NCBI GenBank assembly: GCA_951406725.2
Contig: OX597830.1
Coordinates: forward strand, 28,892,001 to 28,956,000
Source of the DNA: Octopus vulgaris
Taxonomy: Eukaryota
DNA length: 64,000 nucleotides
Direction: 5' to 3'
Numbering within the stretch: position 1 is the first letter of the stretch; each line of letters opens with the position of its first letter. A program made the position numbers and the translations under genes. Below the pieces are notes generated by a model. It saw only the letters and a program-made list of their open reading frames with translations, had not been told where the DNA came from and searched no databases. Shown here piece by piece: positions 57,644 to 64,000 of the stretch.

Positions 57644-57826
57644 AAGGCGTCGCACTGTCAATTTCGTTAGTACTTCGGACAAAAGTCTTGGCATAACTTC
57701 ACCCGTATTTACGTACCAAAAACCAATTCCCCGAGGTCAGCTTTGCTTTTCTTCCTTCGGAGTCGATAAAATAAGTGTGGTCGATGTAATCGATTTAACC
57801 GCCCCCCCTCCAAAAATTTGAAACCC
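57644..57826 (+). mobile_element. SINE family E, degraded
   Basis: aattccccgaggtcagctttgcttttcttccttcggagtcgataaaataagt..ggtcgatgtaatcgatt. Confidence 0.7.
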
Positions 57827-58084
57827 ATATAATTCACTATATCACGTATTCATTGTGTTAATGTCATAGAATAAACATTTTTCAAAAATCTATCTATCCA
57901 TCCAACCATCCATCTATCCATCCATCCATCCATCCATCCATCCATCCATCCATCCATCCATCCATACATACATACATACATACATACATACATGCATACA
58001 TACATACATATATACATACATACATACATACATACATACATACATAAATACATACATACATACATACATACACATACATACACC

Positions 58085-58815
58085 GAAGATATCACCCATA
58101 TCATGGGCTGTTGTCTGACAATATCTTCACGGCATTATCTACCGATGAAACATGATGTTGTTGGAAGGATAACTCCGAGGACAAAGTAACAAGAGCTCAC
58201 TGTATAGAAAAATGCCACAGTCATTCATAATTAAAAGAAGTACAGGTGGAATATCCCAGTGAAAATCTGCATAATATGTAAACGTAATAGACCTAGCATA
58301 GTGATTTGGGATAGAGCAGAGAAACTGGGTTCAGTTGCGGAAATCAGCTGCCCAGAGGATGTTAACATAGAGTTAAAGATAAGCGAAAAAGAAAATACTT
58401 ACGTTGGACTAGTTAGGAATTTACATTTACTCTATCCAGATTGCAAGTTGAGGGTTATACCTGCGATTATTGGGTCACTGGGATAGGTAACATGCTGCCT
58501 AAATATCAATCTTGAGAAATTAGGCTTCGTAAATCCGGAAAAGAGAAAACTGATTCGAAGACTACAGATCCAAGCCATCACTGGAACTGTAAATATTTGT
58601 AAAACTTTCCAGATGTTTATCATTTAAATATATATGAACATATGTAGGCATGTAACTATATTATGAGTATACAAATATAAAACCAAATCTGCACGTATAC
58701 ATACATACAAAAATATCCTGTCGATGTTGTTGAAATTTCGATGAATGCTAGATTTAGGTTAGAATCCGGCTCTTCTTCTGTAGACTAGAAATCTTGAAAT
58801 AAAGCTGAATAATGA
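58085..58815 (+). pseudogene. R4-clade (restriction-like endonuclease) LINE 3' portion
   Basis: [27 protein letters not shown] (CCHC/RHD region), NRPSIVIWD..AEISCPEDVNI..K..EKE..Y (PD..D..K endonuclease, D to S), IPAIIGSLG*...GTVNICKTF; stop 58627; 3'UTR ends in a CA-rich repeat. Confidence 0.85.
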
Positions 58816-58840
58816 TACACACACACACATACACACACAC

Positions 58841-58879
<39 letters not shown>

Positions 58880-59297
58880 AATACACACACACACACACAA
58901 ATATAACAATAAATTTACCAAGGTGAGGTGCTTTATATAGAACAAACGCATATACTGAATAAAATACACGCAGAAAATTCTTAAATTTTTGATATTTCCT
59001 GAACGTTGGAGGAAGGCAACCTAACTTGGTGGTCATTACATACGAAGCCCACAGAAAATGTTGAGATTATTTACAAAAACTACAAATTAATGACAGAATA
59101 TATCTAGAAGCAACACAAAAGTGTCATATATTTTATCTATGATAAACGCACATGTATAAATATGTTTGGAAAATAATTAACACATAATACCATAGTGTAA
59201 AGTTTAACTTCCTCAAACACGGAAGTTGTGTTAGGAGATAAAATATTGCGATATTCACCGCGTGTGTTGTTAAAAGTTTCAGTGTACACAATAGATG

Positions 59298-59460
59298 TTT
59301 GGTTGACCGACAGATCAGCCCCAAGGATTATTTCTTAAACCTAGTACTTACTCAATTTACCTCTATTCCCGGACCGCTACGTTACTGGACATAAAAAACG
59401 CGAACACCGGGTGCCCAGTGAGGATGAGGGGAGAGGAACAAGTGCAGGTACAAACACACA
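59298..59460 (-). mobile_element. degraded SINE family A 3' half
   Basis: ccccaaggattatttcttaaacctagtactta...gaccgctacgttactggacataaa. Confidence 0.6.
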
Positions 59461-59487
59461 CACATAAATATATGCACACATATATAC

Positions 59488-59567
<80 letters not shown>

Positions 59568-59711
59568 AGAGAGAGAGAGAGAGTGAAAGGGAGAGAGATT
59601 CACATATATATGCATATATATATATATGTATCTTTGTATGTTCTAATCCTTTTTGAAAGAAGTGTCATTCTTCATTCCTGTGAGTGTATATATGTGTATA
59701 TCTATCTATCT

Positions 59712-59961
<250 letters not shown>

Positions 59962-60168
59962 TTGAAGGTTTGGGGATGATGTACAGGTATTTTATATTAG
60001 AAGAAATGAGGTACTCAGAAATTCGGATGGTTTTATATTCACAAATATTTATTTCTATATAACATGTTTTAATACATCATATATCATATATCATATATTA
60101 GCGCTCTCGTCCATTCTGGTGGAGTTTCCAAATATATATATACATATATATATACATACATACATACA

Positions 60169-60254
<86 letters not shown>

Positions 60255-60706
60255 TATAAAGATCAATTGTTCGATCAATTAAAATATTATTGAACAACTA
60301 AGTACATTACATAAGCGTGTAGACGCCTGAATACAACTCCGAATGAAGTTATCGTTTTGTAATTGGCGTAATCCTGTGTGGAGAATGATTAATTCCAGGA
60401 GTCACATGATAATATTTGTCTCATGCATTTCAGTTCTTTTGTTTTGATGGAGTTGTGATTGAAAAAAAAAATAATGACAAAAAGACAAGTGTTTCTAAAG
60501 TCAGCCCCTGGAATCGAACCTAGAACTTCTGATTGTACATGCGTGTGTACGCGCGTGGTTCTACATGGCTGCGTGTCATTGCGAATAAGAAATGCAATGC
60601 CGTAAAAATTAAGATAATACTTAGCAGGAAGCTGTCCATATAATCATTATAATCATTACACATATATGTGTGTATATGTATATATATATAAACATATATA
60701 TATATT

Positions 60707-60782
<76 letters not shown>

Positions 60783-60801
60783 CATTTATATTTTTATATA
60801 C

Positions 60802-60846
<45 letters not shown>

Positions 60847-61560
60847 AATGTGTGTATAATTATGCATACACTCACAGGCATGCACGACACACAGGTACGT
60901 GCGCGCATACACACGCACATGCACACACAGGCACACTCAAACACACACACATAACGAAGGCACGATTACTTACATATCATCCAATTGTTCTTCGTCTTGT
61001 TCTGAATTCCATAACTGTTATCTTTTTTTTCCTTTCTTTCTCCAGCATTCAAGATTACAATATACTTCGAGTGAACGCCATGTATCAGCTGGTTAAGCGG
61101 TGTTGTTTCCAATGTATTTTATCACACTCTATACCAATATGCCACCTCTTTAACTTGTAGATCGTACTTCAGCTTTGTTGTAATTGTTTCACCACATTGT
61201 GTCATCCTGATCAGTGGCTGTTTCTTACAGCTTTATAAATTCATTTGTTTGTTGCATTTTGTTTTTCACTTCCTTTTTCCTTGTTTTTTTTTTGTTGTTT
61301 AAAGTAGACTTCAAATTCGTGTAACATTTATCAGAAGATGTATTACAATACATACACAAATATTTCACTTTTAGCTATACTTCATCTAAATGTCGTATAT
61401 CATTATATACACATTGACTTGACAACGACATTCTGGTCTTTCAAAGAGTTATAAAATAATTTTTGTCATTAGTACTCACTATCTTTTAGGCTTCATCACA
61501 TTATCGTTTCCAGATTTGGATAGAATCAATCTAAAGTTGTGAATACAGGATATCATATCG

Positions 61561-61613
<53 letters not shown>

Positions 61614-62051
61614 TATATATATGTATATGTATATGCATGTGTTTGTATGCATATATATATATATATGTATAAATATAAATATATATATACACGCACAAAT
61701 AAAATTATAAGGAATGCAAATATTTTCGCGACCAGAGATTCGCCAATATCCAACTGATAATTATAAATGCATTGCTAAAGGTTGGAGTCTTCATTTTAGG
61801 CGACCTTCCTACTGGGTTTAAATCATTGCCTAGCTGCAGTGTGTACGTAACCTAGGTACATCGACTGATGCTGTTGATTTTGTAAGAAATAAATGAGTGT
61901 ATTAGTTTCAGAGTCGCCATCAGTAACTTAATTATAAGTAAGTTAGGAAACTGAGAAAAAATATCTGTAGTACTTCCTTTATATATGCATATGTATATGT
62001 ATATATATATACATACATATATACATACATACATGCATACACACACACACA

Positions 62052-62092
<41 letters not shown>

Positions 62093-62179
62093 TTATATAT
62101 ATATGCATATATTTATATGTGTTAGTATATATATAAATATATATGAACTTATTTATTTATTTCTGTGTACATATATATA

Positions 62180-62239
<60 letters not shown>

Positions 62240-62885
62240 CATGCAAATAAATATATTTAATCATACATGTTTATATAAATATGTAATAGTGTGTATGTTT
62301 GTAATCATACATACACACACAAGTACACACGTATAAATTTTTAATTACATAGAATCACATGTGTATATATATATATATATGTATATATATATACATACAT
62401 ATTCGTGAGAGCTGTTTTATGTTTGAAATGCATACATATGTTATTGTATGTGTCTACGTACGCCCGTGTGAGCATTTGTGTGTGTGTGTGTGTGTGCGTG
62501 TGTGGTTTGGTTGTGTGTGAGTATTCGTGCGTGTGTCTTTCCTTCTTTCCTTCCTATCTCTTTACATGTATACTTTTAAATACGTTCACCTTTCGAGCTC
62601 GCCATATTTCCCCCACCCCTCCTCATCCACCCTTCAGAAGTTCATAAATATTTACAAATATACATATCGTTTCACTTCCGATCTCTTACCACTCGGTGAG
62701 AGTTCACTACATATGTTTTATCAGTGAACCGTGTCCATTTGCGAAAAACTTAATCTGTACTAACTGTTCATTTCCTTCTGATACGGAAGACTGATCTTCG
62801 ATATTCTATTGCTTGTTTTTCGACATTAAATTTTAATTTATATAATCATGTTTTCCTTTCATTTTGTTGTACTAGATCACATCAG

Positions 62886-62967
<82 letters not shown>

Positions 62968-62994
62968 TAAATTACTTAGCAAGAAAAGCATTGC

Positions 62995-63108
62995 TTGTTT
63001 ATATTTTATTTGAAAATCAAGGGAGGGATTGTTCATATTTTGTCTCAAAATCAAATCGGTGCCTTGTTTATATTTTGTCTGATATCAGGAATCCTTAGTT
63101 TATATTGG
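62995..63108 (+). repeat. short minisatellite, about 31-35 bp units x3.5
   Basis: Units start ttgtt(t/c)atatttt(a/g)t at 62995, 63029, 63064, partial at 63095. Confidence 0.7.
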
Positions 63109-63204
63109 TGAATTCGAAGCATGAATTTTCTGAACATAATTTCACACCGAATATAGTAATCAAGTGCTCATTAGCTGTAAAAACAAATGTAAGAACATGA
63201 CATC

Positions 63205-63481
63205 TACTGCTTCCTCAAGAAGGAATTAGACGCAACGATATATGTAAGTTGTCACGGATTGAGTCTTGTAGTCAAAGACATTACCACCCAAGGCGTAGAT
63301 AATTATAGTTCTGGCCATCGATTTTTATATATACATACACCAAAGTAAATGGGCTTAAAATTCAACATCTTGGTTTATATAGTTGTCGGTTTTATCTACG
63401 TCAAGAGTATATATTACGACTTTCGAGGTATTAGTGTCGGATGTAAAACTTACATGACTCTTCCTTATCCACCAAGCAATA
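63205..63481. mobile_element. degenerate foldback / MITE-like inverted repeat
   Basis: ATGTAAGTT(63242)/AACTTACAT(63447) and GGCGTAGATAA(63292)/TTATCTACGTC(63392) share an axis near 63348. Confidence 0.5.
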
Positions 63482-63760
63482 TTAAGTTGCACTTGCTAAC
63501 ACGGTGTGATGCTGAGAATGTCGCAAATACTAATACCAGATGCATATTTCCATTTGTATCGATGCCACAACAGATCTAACACGCAAAGATATACGCGGAA
63601 CGCATACACATACTCTCATACCCACACACACTCACAAACACACAAACACATACATACATACATACATACATACATACATACATACATACATTACACATAT
63701 ATATGAATCTATCTATCTACCTATCTATCTATCTTTCTCTCACCACACACACACACACAA

Positions 63761-63799
<39 letters not shown>

Positions 63800-64000
63800 T
63801 AGTCGCAGATGTGGCTTTGTGGGAAGAAGTATCTCGTATCTGAGGTGGGTAGGAATCAGCCCCTTTTGCTATCATTCCTAGGTCACCTATTACGACATGT
63901 ATTGATTTAGTCTTGAGGTTCCATATTTTGCCAATTTCTATTTCAAGATCTTTATACTTGCTCAGTTTTTGATAGGTCTTGAGACATACATTTATGTCGA

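Noticed and set aside
62778-62810. CTGATAC-G-GAAGA-ctga-TCTTC-GATA possible decayed hammerhead
   Set aside because: Good stem II but three core changes and no stem I; too degenerate to call

Overview
Eukaryotic, AT-rich, gene-poor DNA dominated by microsatellites ((TA)n, (TACA)n, (CA)n, (CTAT)n, (CAT)n, (AAT)n) and decayed transposable elements. The repeat families resemble, from my recall rather than a search, those of coleoid cephalopods (Octopus). No protein-coding gene can be supported: nearly all listed ORFs are translated microsatellites (YI/CV/HT/YLSI runs). Supportable content: about six tRNA-derived or SINE-like families (my labels A-F, 25+ copies or fragments); 3' remnants of RTE, CR1-like and R4/Dong-type LINEs; a probable Tc1/mariner remnant; MITE-like foldbacks; and many Penelope-like termini abutting (TA)n. 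The most notable signal is six dispersed type I hammerhead ribozyme motifs (578, 20011, 32802, 34896 minus, 51290, 52277) in at least three architectures. Each has a palindromic or near-palindromic helix III suggesting dimer-dependent folding, and each has core variants or lesions. Also notable are a ~400-bp-arm inverted SINE pair with an 18-nt loop (42835-43640), R4-type LINEs embedded in specific microsatellites, and two speculative micro-exons.
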